From positions 1 to 64,000 of the forward strand of contig CAXXYE010000006.1 of NCBI GenBank assembly GCA_963674865.2: a DNA stretch of 64,000 nt. The letters are read 5' to 3'. The position numbers and the translations under genes were made by a program. Position 1 is the stretch's first letter; each line of letters begins with the position of its first letter. The notes under the pieces were generated by a model. It was not told the origin of the DNA. It was given only the letters and a program-made list of their open reading frames with translations, and did no database searches. Source of the DNA: Candidatus Hydrogenedentota bacterium (lineage in GTDB: Bacteria > Hydrogenedentota > Hydrogenedentia > Hydrogenedentales > SLHB01). This document shows, one piece after another, positions 1-10,252 of the stretch.

Positions 1-908
1 AGCGGCCCTCGTCGGCCATAACCGGCGCGTGTGCTGGGCGGACGGCACACACAGCATGCACGGCGACACAAGCAGAGCGGATTTCGCCGGCATGGAAGGC
101 CCCGTTAATCCGCAGCACGTGGCGCTCTTCGCGGCGGACATGGAGGGCAAGCCCCTCGCCGTGGTGCATCACAACACAACCCACCCCACCGTATTCTACG
201 CGGCAGGGGTGTACACGGCCGATATTCCCGGAGCAGCTCGCGGCATCATACGAGACAAACTGGGCGATATTCCCGTACTGTTCTTGAACGGCGCACAAGG
301 CGACATCGCTATCGAGAACATGCTCGAGCCGCGTAAGGAGTCACGCGAGGATAAGTTGCGGCGAGTCGGGCGGATACTCGCGGAGGAGACGCTCCGATTA
401 CGCGAAGGCGTCATCTACAGCAATCAGGCCCATCCTGTCGCATGCGCACGAAGATCTGAGGATCGACGTCCGGCTGCCCGTTCCTCAACGGGTGGCCGAG
501 GCGCGCGCCGTATTGGCGCGCATTGATGCGGGGGAAGACATCCGGGGCATGGAGATGATCTTGGCCTTCGGCACGGTGGAGTTGCAGGAGCGATTCGAAG
601 CCAATCCCGTCGACATACTTCCCATTCATGTCCTGCGTATCGGCGACATCGCCTTGGTTACACAGCCGTGCGAATTGTACTGCCAGTTTGGATTGGACAT
701 CGCCTTGCGCAGCCCGGCCCCCATTACAGCAGTGGTGGGACTTACCGACGGCTATTGCGGCTACTGCCCGACCATCTACGGAATGCTGGGAGGAGGCTAC
801 TCCGGCGAGCCTATAAGCTGGAGCCGTCTAGAGCCCTGGGCCGGATATCGCATCGTAGAGTGCGCGGGTCGCCTGCTGAACCAGCTATGGCGTGGCGGCG
901 GTGGATGA
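1..908 (+). CDS. Neutral/alkaline ceramidase-like hydrolase, 5'-partial, split by an apparent frameshift near 428
   Basis: ORFs 29..526 and 492..908 join into one plausible protein: NRR..., THPTV, FLNGAQGDI, then LRIGDIALVTQPCELYCQFG and GYCGYCPT...GGY, motifs typical of this family. Confidence 0.55.
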
Positions 909-999
909 AAAGGGTGTGTCAAGCGGCCCAATTCCATACGTAGCATCATCCTGCGCCTCAGCGAAACCTGGGGGCCGCAGCAGACAAGGGAGCAGTCTA

Positions 1000-2447
1000 A
1001 TGAAGAACATCGTACTCATTATCACAGACACCTATCGCTACGACAACCTTGGCGAAAGGGCGGCGCGGCAAGTCCGCACGCGGGAACTCGACCGTTTCGC
1101 CGCGGAGCGCGCCACCGCTATCGAGGGATTCTACACGGGCAGTTTCCCGACGATTCCACACCGCACCGATGTGGCCACGGGGACTCTGGGATGGCCGCAT
1201 TACGGCTGGCAGGCCATCGACCTGTGCGGGCCGAACCATGTCGCCAAGATGCTACGCGAGTGCGGCTATGCCTCGCAGCTCATTTGCGATTGCCCGCACC
1301 TCTTCAACGCGCGGTATCAACAAGGGTTCGACGCGGCGTTCCAACATCGCGGACAGGAGGGCGACAAGCACCTGCTCCGGCTCAACACACCTATCCGCTC
1401 CGTCATGGCAGATGCGAAGACTCGAACAGAACCCATGTTCAGGGGACACAACCTGCCGGATTGCCACCGCTGGATGAACCGCGACTACGAGGTCGAAGAG
1501 GAGGACCTTCCCGTCGCGAACGGGCGCCACCGCGGTCCGTTGGCTCGAAGAGAACGCCCAGACCGGCCCGTTTTTCCTGTGGGTTGGATTTCTTTGATCC
1601 CCACGAGCCATGGGACGCCCCGGAATACCTTGTGCGGCGATACGACCCGGATTACACCGGCGCCCCGATGCTTCATCCCAATTACGGGCCAGCGTCAGCC
1701 TATACGGCAGACGAGCTCCATAACCTCTGGGCGCACTATGCGGCCGAGGCGGAGCTGGTTGATCGCATGATCGGGCGGATTCTTCAGAAAGTTGATGACC
1801 TGCAACTCTGGGATGAGACAATTGTTGTGGTCACATCCGACCACGGCATGTCGATTGGCGAACACAACCGCACCGGCAAGTCCAACATCCACGAGACAGA
1901 TCCTCGCTACTGGGCCCATCTATCCTGAAGTTGGCCACGTTACCTTTCCTGATCGCGGGCGGGAACGTCCCCCGGGGCCAGTCGCTCGACATCATCGCGC
2001 AGCCGATGGATATCCTGCCCTCCGTTTGTGAATTGGCCGGTGCCGAGCCCGCCCCCCCAAAGCCGTTCGATGGAAAATCCTTCGCGAGCGCCGTGCTTGA
2101 TGGCAAAACAGCCCACCGGTCGTACGCCGTGAGCGGCTGCCATGTGACGCCCGGCGACGACGCCCGGCCGCGGAAGTGCATAACACCCTTCCTGGTGGCC
2201 GACGGGTGGGGATATGCGCCCGTCGGCGCCGAAGGGAGTCCCCGAACTCTACAACCTCGCAAAAGACCCCTTGGCCGAGCAAGACATCGCCGATGGGAAC
2301 GCCGGCCGGTTGAAGGAACTCCATGATGCTTTCCTCGGCCACTTGAGCGAATACGGAGCGTCGGACGCATGCATTGCGCTCTGGGACAAGGCCGCGGACG
2401 GTGGGAACGGTACATGGGCGGTGGACTACCCGGCAACACCCAAATGA
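1000..2447 (+). CDS. Sulfatase/alkaline-phosphatase superfamily protein with Thr at the catalytic position; about 5 apparent +1 frameshifts (near 1505, 1587, 1913, 1941, 2235)
   Basis: MKNIVLIITDTYRYD start, GSFPTIPHRTDVATG core, then FFDPHEPWD, TSDHG, DILPSVCELAG and ELYNLAKDP in successive frames. Confidence 0.75.
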
Positions 2448-2486
2448 CGTATCCCGCGGGTATGGCGGGAGAATGAGGAGAAGATA

Positions 2487-3663
2487 GTGAGCAATCGCTT
2501 GGCATGGTGGCAAGAGGCGCGGTTCGGCATGTTCATCCACTGGGGCGTCTACGCGATCCCGGGACGCGGCGAGTGGGTCATGTACCAGGAGCATTTCACG
2601 AACGAGGAGTACGCGCGGTTCGCCGACGCATTCAATCCCACGGACTACAAGCCTGCAGAGTGGATTGCCATGGCGCAAGACGCCGGCATGAAGTACATGG
2701 TTCTGACAACGCGGCACCACGACGGATTCTGCCTGTTCGACAGCGCGGCATCAGACTTCACGGCCCCCAGGACCGCGGCGGGACGGGATCTGGTGGCGGA
2801 ATACGCCGATGCGTGCCACGCCGCGGGCATGCCGATGGGCTTCTACTACTCACTCGAGGACTGGCGCTTCCCCGGCCAACTCCCCCACCTGCCGAAGAAA
2901 GAGGACGCCGTCTACATGCCGATGGTCGAGCAGGCGCACGCCCAGGTGCGTGAACTGTGCACTAACTACGGCAAAGTGGATGTCCTTTGGTATGACGGCG
3001 GGTTCCCATCCGGCCTGTGGCGCCCCGAGGAACTTAACGGGATGGTGCGCCATCTCCAGCCCGAGATAATCATCAACGACCGCGCGGGCATACCTGAGGA
3101 TTTCGGCACACCGGAAAACGTCATCGTCCCGCAAGACCGGCCCTGGGAAGCGTGCTACACGATGAACGACTCCTGGGGATATGCTCGAAACGACCGGAAC
3201 TACAAATCGCCCGGAGAGATTCTGAGGCTCCTGGGCACGTGCGTGGCTCACAACGGCAACTTCTTGCTCAACGTTGGGCCGGACGCCGATGGCCGATTCC
3301 CGCCCGAGGCTGTCGACACGCTCAGACACGTGGGCCGCTGGCTGCGCGATAACGGCCCGGGCCGTTTACGGGGCCGGTTCATCGCCCGTGATCGCGCCCG
3401 CGCTAGGCTGGACCACCCGCGCGGGCGACAACGTGTACCTACTAATCCAGCGCTGGCCGGGAGCAACGGTTCCCTTCGCCTGGTGCGGCGGAAAAGTGAA
3501 GTCGGCGCGGGTGCTGGGAACCGGCCAAGAGGCGCGCGTCGAGCAGAAAGGGGATCGGGTGTGGCTTCGCGGCCTGCCCGAATATCCTCCGGATCCCCTA
3601 ATGAGCGTTATCGAGCTAACGTTTGAGGATGAGCCGCGCACGTCCGATCCTGCGTATACCTAG
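2487..3663 (+). CDS. Alpha-L-fucosidase (GH29), frameshift near 3358
   Basis: WWQEARFGMFIHWG, TTRHHDGFCLFDS, LWYDGG, WEACYTMNDSWGY, GNFLLNVGPDADG; the C-terminal domain continues in ORF 3274..3663. Confidence 0.9.
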
Positions 3664-3793
3664 GGAGTGCCCCGAGCGAGACGTAACGCCGCCGTGGCCT
3701 CCCGGCACAGCAACGTGAAAGTGCCTGCGGGATGGTGTAGGATTGGGGCCATCCTGGTGCGATCCTTGGCAAAATGAAGAAGGATAAGTTCTA

Positions 3794-4723
3794 GTGCTTG
3801 AGAGAATAGCAGCGGCCTTGTCGGACTACGAAGTTGTTCTGGAACCGGACGAAAACACCCCCGAGTGGTGGGCCGGGGCGCCATCCGTGTGCCGCGGCGC
3901 AGACGGAGCCTTTTACTTGGCGGCACGGATGCGTGAAGGCAATGCGCCCAAGGGGCGGCGGGGCTATGAGACGCGTATCCTCAAGAGCGCGGACGGCCGC
4001 AGCTTCGAACCTATTCACCATCTGACACGGGAGGCGGTCGACATACCTGGTTTCGAGCGCCCGGCCCTTGTCGTTGATCCCCTGAGCGGCCAATTCAGAC
4101 TCTACTCCTGCACCGATCCCGGTGACGGCTGGTCGATCCTGAAGTTCGACGACGTTGACAATCCGGCCCAGTTCGACCCGTCCTCAGCGCGCGTCATTCT
4201 TGCCGCGGAACATCCGGATGACAAGGACTTCTTCCACGTTCACGGCTACAAAGACCCCGTGGTGTTTTGGGATAACGACTTGTGGCATATGTTCGTCATC
4301 GGCATCGACCGCATTGAGCGCGTTCACCATTTCGTCAGCGATGACGGCGAGGCATGGCGGGCCCCGGGAGCCAATCCGGTGATGGAGAACGCCGGCTGGC
4401 ACAACTTCTTCACCCGTCCGGCTAGCGTCGTGCCGATGACCGTCGGCTATCTGTTTGTTTACGAAGGTTCCCACGTGACCTGGCGTGATCCGAACTACAA
4501 CATCGCGACCGGGCTGGCTTACTCGCCGGATCTCGAGACGTTCATCGACCTCACACCAGACAAGCCCCTCTTGACCAGCACTACACCGGGCGACTATCTC
4601 ACGTGGCGCTATTCCCAATGGATGAGGGTGGCGAACCAGGTTTACGTCTATTTCGAGGCGGCACGGCCTAACAAAACCAACGAAATCCGACTGGGCATCT
4701 TCGACGCACCCGTCATCGAGTAA
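3794..4723 (+). CDS. Putative five-bladed beta-propeller glycoside hydrolase (GH32/43/130-like)
   Basis: WAGAPSV, FERPALV, YKDPVV and TGLAYSPDL blade-like repeats; glycan-cluster context. Confidence 0.55.
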   Translation: MLERIAAALSDYEVVLEPDENTPEWWAGAPSVCRGADGAFYLAARMREGNAPKGRRGYETRILKSADGRSFEPIHHLTREAVDIPGFERPALVVDPLSGQFRLYSCTDPGDGWSILKFDDVDNPAQFDPSSARVILAAEHPDDKDFFHVHGYKDPVVFWDNDLWHMFVIGIDRIERVHHFVSDDGEAWRAPGANPVMENAGWHNFFTRPASVVPMTVGYLFVYEGSHVTWRDPNYNIATGLAYSPDLETFIDLTPDKPLLTSTTPGDYLTWRYSQWMRVANQVYVYFEAARPNKTNEIRLGIFDAPVIE

Positions 4724-4773
4724 GGCCTCCCTCAGGACGTGCGCCCGCCCAGGACAACATAAGGAGTGTTCGA

Positions 4774-6174
4774 ATGGGAAAGCGCCCCCATATCCTGATC
4801 CTGATGCCCGACCAGCAACGCGCCGACTGCCTGTCATGCGCGGGCAACACCGCGATCCGCACGCCCAACATGGATCGCCTCGCCCGTGAGGGCGTTCGCT
4901 TCAATAATGCCTACACCACCTGCCCGCTCTGCATGCCGGCGCGCAGCTCATTCCTCTCCGGGCTGTATTGTCACAACCACGGCCAGTGGGCCAACACGGG
5001 CCACCTGCCCGAGGACGCCGACACGTACCTTCACCACGTCAAGGACGTCGGCTACCACACGTGCCACGTCGGCAAGTCGCACCTACACCCCCACTTCTGC
5101 GGCTTTCATTTGGATCAGGCGAAGCCGTTCATGAACCGGCTCGGATGGGATGATGTATTCGAGGTAACAGGCCCGCACGCGACGCGCGTGTGTGAGTCCA
5201 TCATGACCGACCACTGGCGGGAAATAGGCTGTCTGGACACGTTCCGCGATGACTACACCAAGCGCGCGGAAGTCCCGAGCACGCAGGGCACCTGGCCCAG
5301 TCCTATGCCCGAGGGAGAGACGCTCGACGACTTCGTGGGGCGCACGGCCGTCGAGTATGTGCAGGGATACACAAGCGATGAGCCGCTCTTGCTCTTCGTC
5401 GGCTTCGGCGGGCCGCACGAGCCGTGGGACCCGCCGCCCGACTGGGCCGCCCGGTATGATCCGGCGGCCATGAGCGCCATGAAACCAACTACGGAGCCCG
5501 GCCCATGGGTGCCGCCTGTTGCGGCGGAGCACCAGCGAAGCATGCAGGATCCGCAGGAATGGCGCATCACGCCGGAGATAAACGGCAAGATTCGTGCGCT
5601 CTACTACGCAAAGATCAGCCACATCGACTGGTGGTTCGGCCAGATCCTGGACGCATTCCAGCAGCGCGGGATGCTGGACGACACCGCCGTCATCTTCTGG
5701 TCGGACCACGGCGAGATGCTGTGCGACAAGGGGCGGCTGTTCAAGTCTGTATTCTATGAAGAGGCCGTGCGAGTCCCGCTAATCATCCGACCCCCGCGGT
5801 ATGATAAGGGCGGAAGCATCTGCGAGAGCATCGTGAACCAGATCGACGCCTTCCCCACCATCCTCGACTTCGCCGGCTGCACGTCCGAGCCGCGTGGATT
5901 CGGCGTGTCGTTGGCCCCCGCCCTTGCCGACCCGGGCATCCGCCTGCACGATGCCGTCTTCAGCGAAATCGACTCACGAACGATGATCCGGGATGAGCGC
6001 TTCAAGATGGTGTTGAATCAGCAGGGCGACGTGCTCAAGCTTTACGACCTCGTCGAAGACCCCGGGGAGGAGGTCAACCTGGTCGGCAGGCCCGGTGTCC
6101 AGAAGGAGATCGAGCGGCTCAAACAGCGTACGCTCGTTTGGTATCTTGAAACGCAGTTGAAACAATCCAAGTAA
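4774..6174 (+). CDS. Cys-type sulfatase (choline-sulfatase-like)
   Basis: PHILILMPDQQR, CPLCMPARSSFLSG, GKSH, PHEPWD, SDHGEML. Confidence 0.92.
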   Translation: MGKRPHILILMPDQQRADCLSCAGNTAIRTPNMDRLAREGVRFNNAYTTCPLCMPARSSFLSGLYCHNHGQWANTGHLPEDADTYLHHVKDVGYHTCHVGKSHLHPHFCGFHLDQAKPFMNRLGWDDVFEVTGPHATRVCESIMTDHWREIGCLDTFRDDYTKRAEVPSTQGTWPSPMPEGETLDDFVGRTAVEYVQGYTSDEPLLLFVGFGGPHEPWDPPPDWAARYDPAAMSAMKPTTEPGPWVPPVAAEHQRSMQDPQEWRITPEINGKIRALYYAKISHIDWWFGQILDAFQQRGMLDDTAVIFWSDHGEMLCDKGRLFKSVFYEEAVRVPLIIRPPRYDKGGSICESIVNQIDAFPTILDFAGCTSEPRGFGVSLAPALADPGIRLHDAVFSEIDSRTMIRDERFKMVLNQQGDVLKLYDLVEDPGEEVNLVGRPGVQKEIERLKQRTLVWYLETQLKQSK

Positions 6175-6197
6175 ATCAGGCCGTTGAGGGGACAGTC

Positions 6198-7289
6198 ATG
6201 ACATCGCGCGAAGTCGTTGACAACCTGGTGCGAAAGAGGAAGGCCGAACGAGTCGGCGTGTCAGACGCGCCCTGGGGGGATACGTTGGAGAAATGGGTGG
6301 CCGAAGGCTACCCGGCCGGTGAAGACGGCAAGCCTGTGGCGGCGGTGGATCATTTCGGCTTCGATCTCTGCGGCGTGGGAGGCTGGTTCGACATCATGCC
6401 GATCCGCGGCGAGGAGGAGGTCCTCGAGGAAACCACCGACTGGGTCATCAAGCGCAATGGCGCGGGAGCCGCGCGGAAGTGGTGGAAAAACAAGTCCGGC
6501 ACGCCTGAACACATCGATTTTCGCATGACGAGCCGCGAAATCTGGGAGCGCGATTATCGGCCTCACCTGCTTGAAGTGGATCGAAGCCGCCTTGACATCG
6601 AAGGCGCCAAGAAGGAACTCGAAAGGCGCAAGCAACAGGGCCTTTGGACGCATTACGGCCATCTTTTCATCTGGGAGAACATGCGGCAGAGCATGGGCGA
6701 CGTCTGCATGTACGAGAGCCTCATCGCCGATCCTGAATGGATCCACGACTACAACCGAGTCCACACCGACCTCTACAAAGCCCACTTCGCCATCCTCATC
6801 GAAGAGGCGGGCAAACCAGACGGATTCTGGTTCTACGAGGACCTCGGCTATCGAAACGGTCTTTTCTGCTCAGTACAAACGCTCGAGGAACTTATCTTCC
6901 CTTACTTCAAGGAGATGGTTGACTTCTTCCACAGCTACGACCTACCCGTCGTGCTCCACTCGTGCGGCGGAATCACGGAGGCCGTGCCGCTGGTCGTGGC
7001 CGCGGGCTTCGATGGGCTGAATCCCATGGAGGTGAAGGCCGGCTGCAACACCCTCAAGCTTGCCGACGAGTACGGCGACCGCCTAACCTTCTTCGGCGGA
7101 CTTGACGCGCGGATCCTCGAATCGGGCGACCGGAGCCTGATCCGCAGCGAGGTGACGCGCCTGGTGGAGGGAATGAAAGAGATCGGCGCATCCTATGTCT
7201 TCGGCTCGGATCACTCCCTATCCACCAACATTCGCTATGACGACTTCAAATATGCCCTCGAAATCTACCGCGAGCACATGATGTACTGA
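6198..7289 (+). CDS. Uroporphyrinogen decarboxylase / methylcobalamin:CoM methyltransferase family protein
   Basis: FYEDLG, LHSCG, DGLNPME, FFGGLD and FGSDHS motifs. Confidence 0.85.
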   Translation: MTSREVVDNLVRKRKAERVGVSDAPWGDTLEKWVAEGYPAGEDGKPVAAVDHFGFDLCGVGGWFDIMPIRGEEEVLEETTDWVIKRNGAGAARKWWKNKSGTPEHIDFRMTSREIWERDYRPHLLEVDRSRLDIEGAKKELERRKQQGLWTHYGHLFIWENMRQSMGDVCMYESLIADPEWIHDYNRVHTDLYKAHFAILIEEAGKPDGFWFYEDLGYRNGLFCSVQTLEELIFPYFKEMVDFFHSYDLPVVLHSCGGITEAVPLVVAAGFDGLNPMEVKAGCNTLKLADEYGDRLTFFGGLDARILESGDRSLIRSEVTRLVEGMKEIGASYVFGSDHSLSTNIRYDDFKYALEIYREHMMY

Positions 7290-7305
7290 TGCCAAGGGAC
7301 GAGAA

Positions 7306-8106
7306 GTGATGGAGAAGGCGACCACCCATCCCTGGGAATACGCCGTCAAGCCGTTCCGAATCGCCGGAAATCTCTACTACGTCGGCAATCGCGACGTCTC
7401 CTCACACCTCATTGACTCGGGCGCCGGCCTTATCCTCCTCGATACCACCTATCCGCAAACGGTCTATCTCTTGCTCGAGTCCATCCGCCGACTGGGCTTC
7501 AACCCGGACGATATCGCCTACATCCTCCATCACCACGGGCATTACGATCACTTCGGCGGTACCAGGGCCATTGTCGAGCTAACCGGCGCCAAGACTTGTC
7601 TCGGAGCGGCGGATATCGAGGTCCTTGAAACGCGGCCCGAACTCTCGTGGGGCCCGGAATACGGCGTGGCCTTTTGCGAGACCTTCGCCGTGGATATACC
7701 TCTGAACGACGGAGACGTGATCTCCCTCGGAAACACCTCGGTGACCTGCGTCGCTACACCAGGACACACGCCGGGCGCCATGTCGTTCTTCTTCGACGTC
7801 GAGGAGGGTGGCCGGACATACACGGCGGCGAGCCACGGCGGGCCGGGACTCAACACCCTCACGGACGAGTACCTCGCCAAGTACGGCCTGCCCGCCAGTC
7901 GGCGGCAGGACTACCTGGCTTCGCTCCAGCGGCTGGGAAAGCGTCACGTGGACATCTTCATCGGTTGCCACCCCGGCCAGAGCGACACGCTCGAAAAGCG
8001 CGCCGCCATGACACCGATCCACAATCCTTTCATCGATCCACAGGCGTGGCCCCGCTTCCTGTCCGGCCTGGAGAGAAAGGCACGCGACCTCTTCGGGCTA
8101 GCGTGA
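7306..8106 (+). CDS. Subclass B3-like metallo-beta-lactamase fold hydrolase, no evident signal peptide
   Basis: PFRIAGNLYYVG, HGHYDH, TPGHTPG, GCHP. Confidence 0.85.
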   Translation: MMEKATTHPWEYAVKPFRIAGNLYYVGNRDVSSHLIDSGAGLILLDTTYPQTVYLLLESIRRLGFNPDDIAYILHHHGHYDHFGGTRAIVELTGAKTCLGAADIEVLETRPELSWGPEYGVAFCETFAVDIPLNDGDVISLGNTSVTCVATPGHTPGAMSFFFDVEEGGRTYTAASHGGPGLNTLTDEYLAKYGLPASRRQDYLASLQRLGKRHVDIFIGCHPGQSDTLEKRAAMTPIHNPFIDPQAWPRFLSGLERKARDLFGLA

Positions 8107-8224
8107 CAGGCCGAATCCCGCCAACCTGAATCATGAGCCGAGCCTAGCGCGTGGGGCATGGATGTCAAGGTGATGTGCAGTCTGTCCCCCTATCTCCCCT
8201 TCCCCTATTTCTGGCCAGCGCCAT

Positions 8225-8400
8225 TGAATCCAGCGAAGACTTGGGTTTGCGGCCGCGTTTCCCGGGCCGCAAGGTGCGGCTCAGAAGGGCCTCAAGTCGA
8301 GCGAGGAAAGATTCCGAGCCGCAGGGCCGCCCCGTCTTCGTGCCACCACCTGTCCTCCCGTCGTTGCGCGTTCATCACCACGCGTCAGGCGCGCCACACT
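8225..8400 (-). pseudogene. C-terminal remnant of a REP-associated tyrosine (IS200/Y1-type) transposase
   Basis: Minus-strand 8338..8237 reads KTGRPCGSESFLARLEALLSRTLRPGKRGRKPKS, resembling RAYT C-termini; the upstream part is interrupted by stops. Confidence 0.55.
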
Positions 8401-8430
8401 GCCCAGTCTTATGATTTGACCGCAGTATTC

Positions 8431-8482
8431 TTGACACCGAAGGCGGCCATGTGAGATGCTAATAACTGACTGGTTAGTTATT
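8431..8482 (+). promoter_or_regulatory. Sigma70-like promoter with a putative TetR operator
   Basis: TTGACA at 8431; imperfect inverted repeat AATAACTGAC-TG-GTTAGTTATT at 8461-8482, just upstream of the tetR RBS. Confidence 0.65.
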
Positions 8483-8498
8483 TTATAAGGGAGGTGCC

Positions 8499-9137
8499 AT
8501 GGAAGGGGCGAGCCACAAATGGAAACGCCAACCCGGCAAGAGGCCCGACCAGATCATCCAAGCGGCGCTCAAAGTATTTGGTAACAAGGGCTTCCAATCG
8601 GCAACCATGGACGAGATCGCCGAGGAAGCGGGCATCACGAAGGGCACGATCTATCTCTATTTTCCGAGCAAGGAGGAGCTTTTCGTCAGCATGCTCCGAG
8701 CGCAGTTCCAGCAGGCGCTCGACCTGCTGCCGAAGATCGCCTTCGACCCGGCGGAGGACCCGGAGACGGCGACGAAGCGGGTGGGCAAGGAGTTCCTTGA
8801 CGTGCTGATGACGCCGGAGGTCACGAACGCGATTCCCCTCGTGATAGCCGAGTTCAATCACTTGCCGGCCCTGAAGGATATGTATCACGCCCAGCTCTTG
8901 CCGCAGGCCAACCTGCAGTTGGCGGGCCTATTGAGTCTAGGCATGGAACTTGGCCTATTACGCAAGCTGGAGCCGGTCATTGCCGCACGGTGTCTATTCG
9001 GCATGTTCTTCATTTTTGTGATGACTCAAGAGGTCTTCCGGGCAAAGGAAATAACACAGATGAGTACGGACGATATCGTGGACACCATCGTCAGCATTTA
9101 CTTCCACGGCATCGTGGAGAAAGGTTCTAGTCAATGA
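8499..9137 (+). CDS. TetR/AcrR family transcriptional regulator
   Basis: IIQAALKVFGNKGFQSATMDEIAEEAGITKGTIYLYFPSKEELF helix-turn-helix. Confidence 0.95.
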   Translation: MEGASHKWKRQPGKRPDQIIQAALKVFGNKGFQSATMDEIAEEAGITKGTIYLYFPSKEELFVSMLRAQFQQALDLLPKIAFDPAEDPETATKRVGKEFLDVLMTPEVTNAIPLVIAEFNHLPALKDMYHAQLLPQANLQLAGLLSLGMELGLLRKLEPVIAARCLFGMFFIFVMTQEVFRAKEITQMSTDDIVDTIVSIYFHGIVEKGSSQ

Positions 9138-10252
9138 AACGGCTGTATCTACTGGGCCTCATCCTCCTCGTAGGTTGTCCCTTCGGGAACAACGGCTCCC
9201 TGGAAGTGGCGGGACAAATCGAGGGCATCTCGGTGGACGTCGGTTCGCGGGTCGGCGGCCGCGTGGCCGAGGTGCTGGTTGACGAAGGCGACAAGGTCGA
9301 ACCGAATGCGGTTCTGGTACGCCTCCAACCCGACGAAGCCGAAGCGACGATGGCGGCGGCCAAAGCCCAGCTCGCACAGGCTCAAGCCCTCGTCGATAAG
9401 GCCGAGAGGGGCGCCCGTGTCGAGCAAATCCGGCGGGCCGAGGCGGCAGTCGAGGCGGCGGAAGAACAGTATCTCATGGCGTCAAGGGGCCTGAGGGAGC
9501 AGGAAATCGAGGCGGCCCGGGCAGCAGCCGAGGCCGCCCGCGCCCAGCGCGATCAGGCCAAGAGTGAGTTCGAGCGCGCAAACCGGTTGCTCAAAGATGG
9601 CGCGATTGCTCCCCGCCTCCAGGAAAATGCCAAGCACGCGCTCGATGCGGCGCAGGCACAGTACAAGGCCGCGCTCGAACAGTTGGACGCGGCCACCGAA
9701 GGCTTGCGCGAAGAACAGATAGCGATCGCGAAGGCCAACCGCGACCAGGCCCAGGCGGCCCTGGACGAATTGCGGGCGGGCGTTCGCACTGAGGACTTGG
9801 CCGCCGCGCGGGCCGCGCGCGATGCGGCCCTGGCCAATGTCCAGCGCGCCCAGGTCGCCTTGGACGAGATGGTAATTACCTCCCCGAGAGCGGGCATCAT
9901 CGAGTCTATCGATGTACATCCCGGCGACCTGGTCAAGCCGGGCGCGGTGGTGCGTGTCACGGACCCGGATGAACTTGAGTTGTATGTGTACGTCGGTGCG
10001 GCCGCCCTCGGGCACCTCCGCCTTGGACAGGACGTGGTTCTGACGACGGATTCGCATGGCGACGAGACCTTCACGGGCAAGATCGCCTACCTCGCCAGTG
10101 AGGGTGAGTTCACGCCCCGCAATCTCCAGACGAAGGAGGAACGCGTCCAGCAGGTCTTCGGTGTGAAAATCATGCTGGACTCCGCGGGCGGCAAACTCAA
10201 GGCCGGCATGACCGCCACCGCCCATCTTCCGCTCGCCCCGGAGAATGGGTGA
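9134..10252 (+). CDS. HlyD-family membrane fusion protein (YbhG-like)
   Basis: Lipoyl-like [14 protein letters not shown], long coiled coil, [18 protein letters not shown]. Confidence 0.9.
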   Translation: MKRLYLLGLILLVGCPFGNNGSLEVAGQIEGISVDVGSRVGGRVAEVLVDEGDKVEPNAVLVRLQPDEAEATMAAAKAQLAQAQALVDKAERGARVEQIRRAEAAVEAAEEQYLMASRGLREQEIEAARAAAEAARAQRDQAKSEFERANRLLKDGAIAPRLQENAKHALDAAQAQYKAALEQLDAATEGLREEQIAIAKANRDQAQAALDELRAGVRTEDLAAARAARDAALANVQRAQVALDEMVITSPRAGIIESIDVHPGDLVKPGAVVRVTDPDELELYVYVGAAALGHLRLGQDVVLTTDSHGDETFTGKIAYLASEGEFTPRNLQTKEERVQQVFGVKIMLDSAGGKLKAGMTATAHLPLAPENG

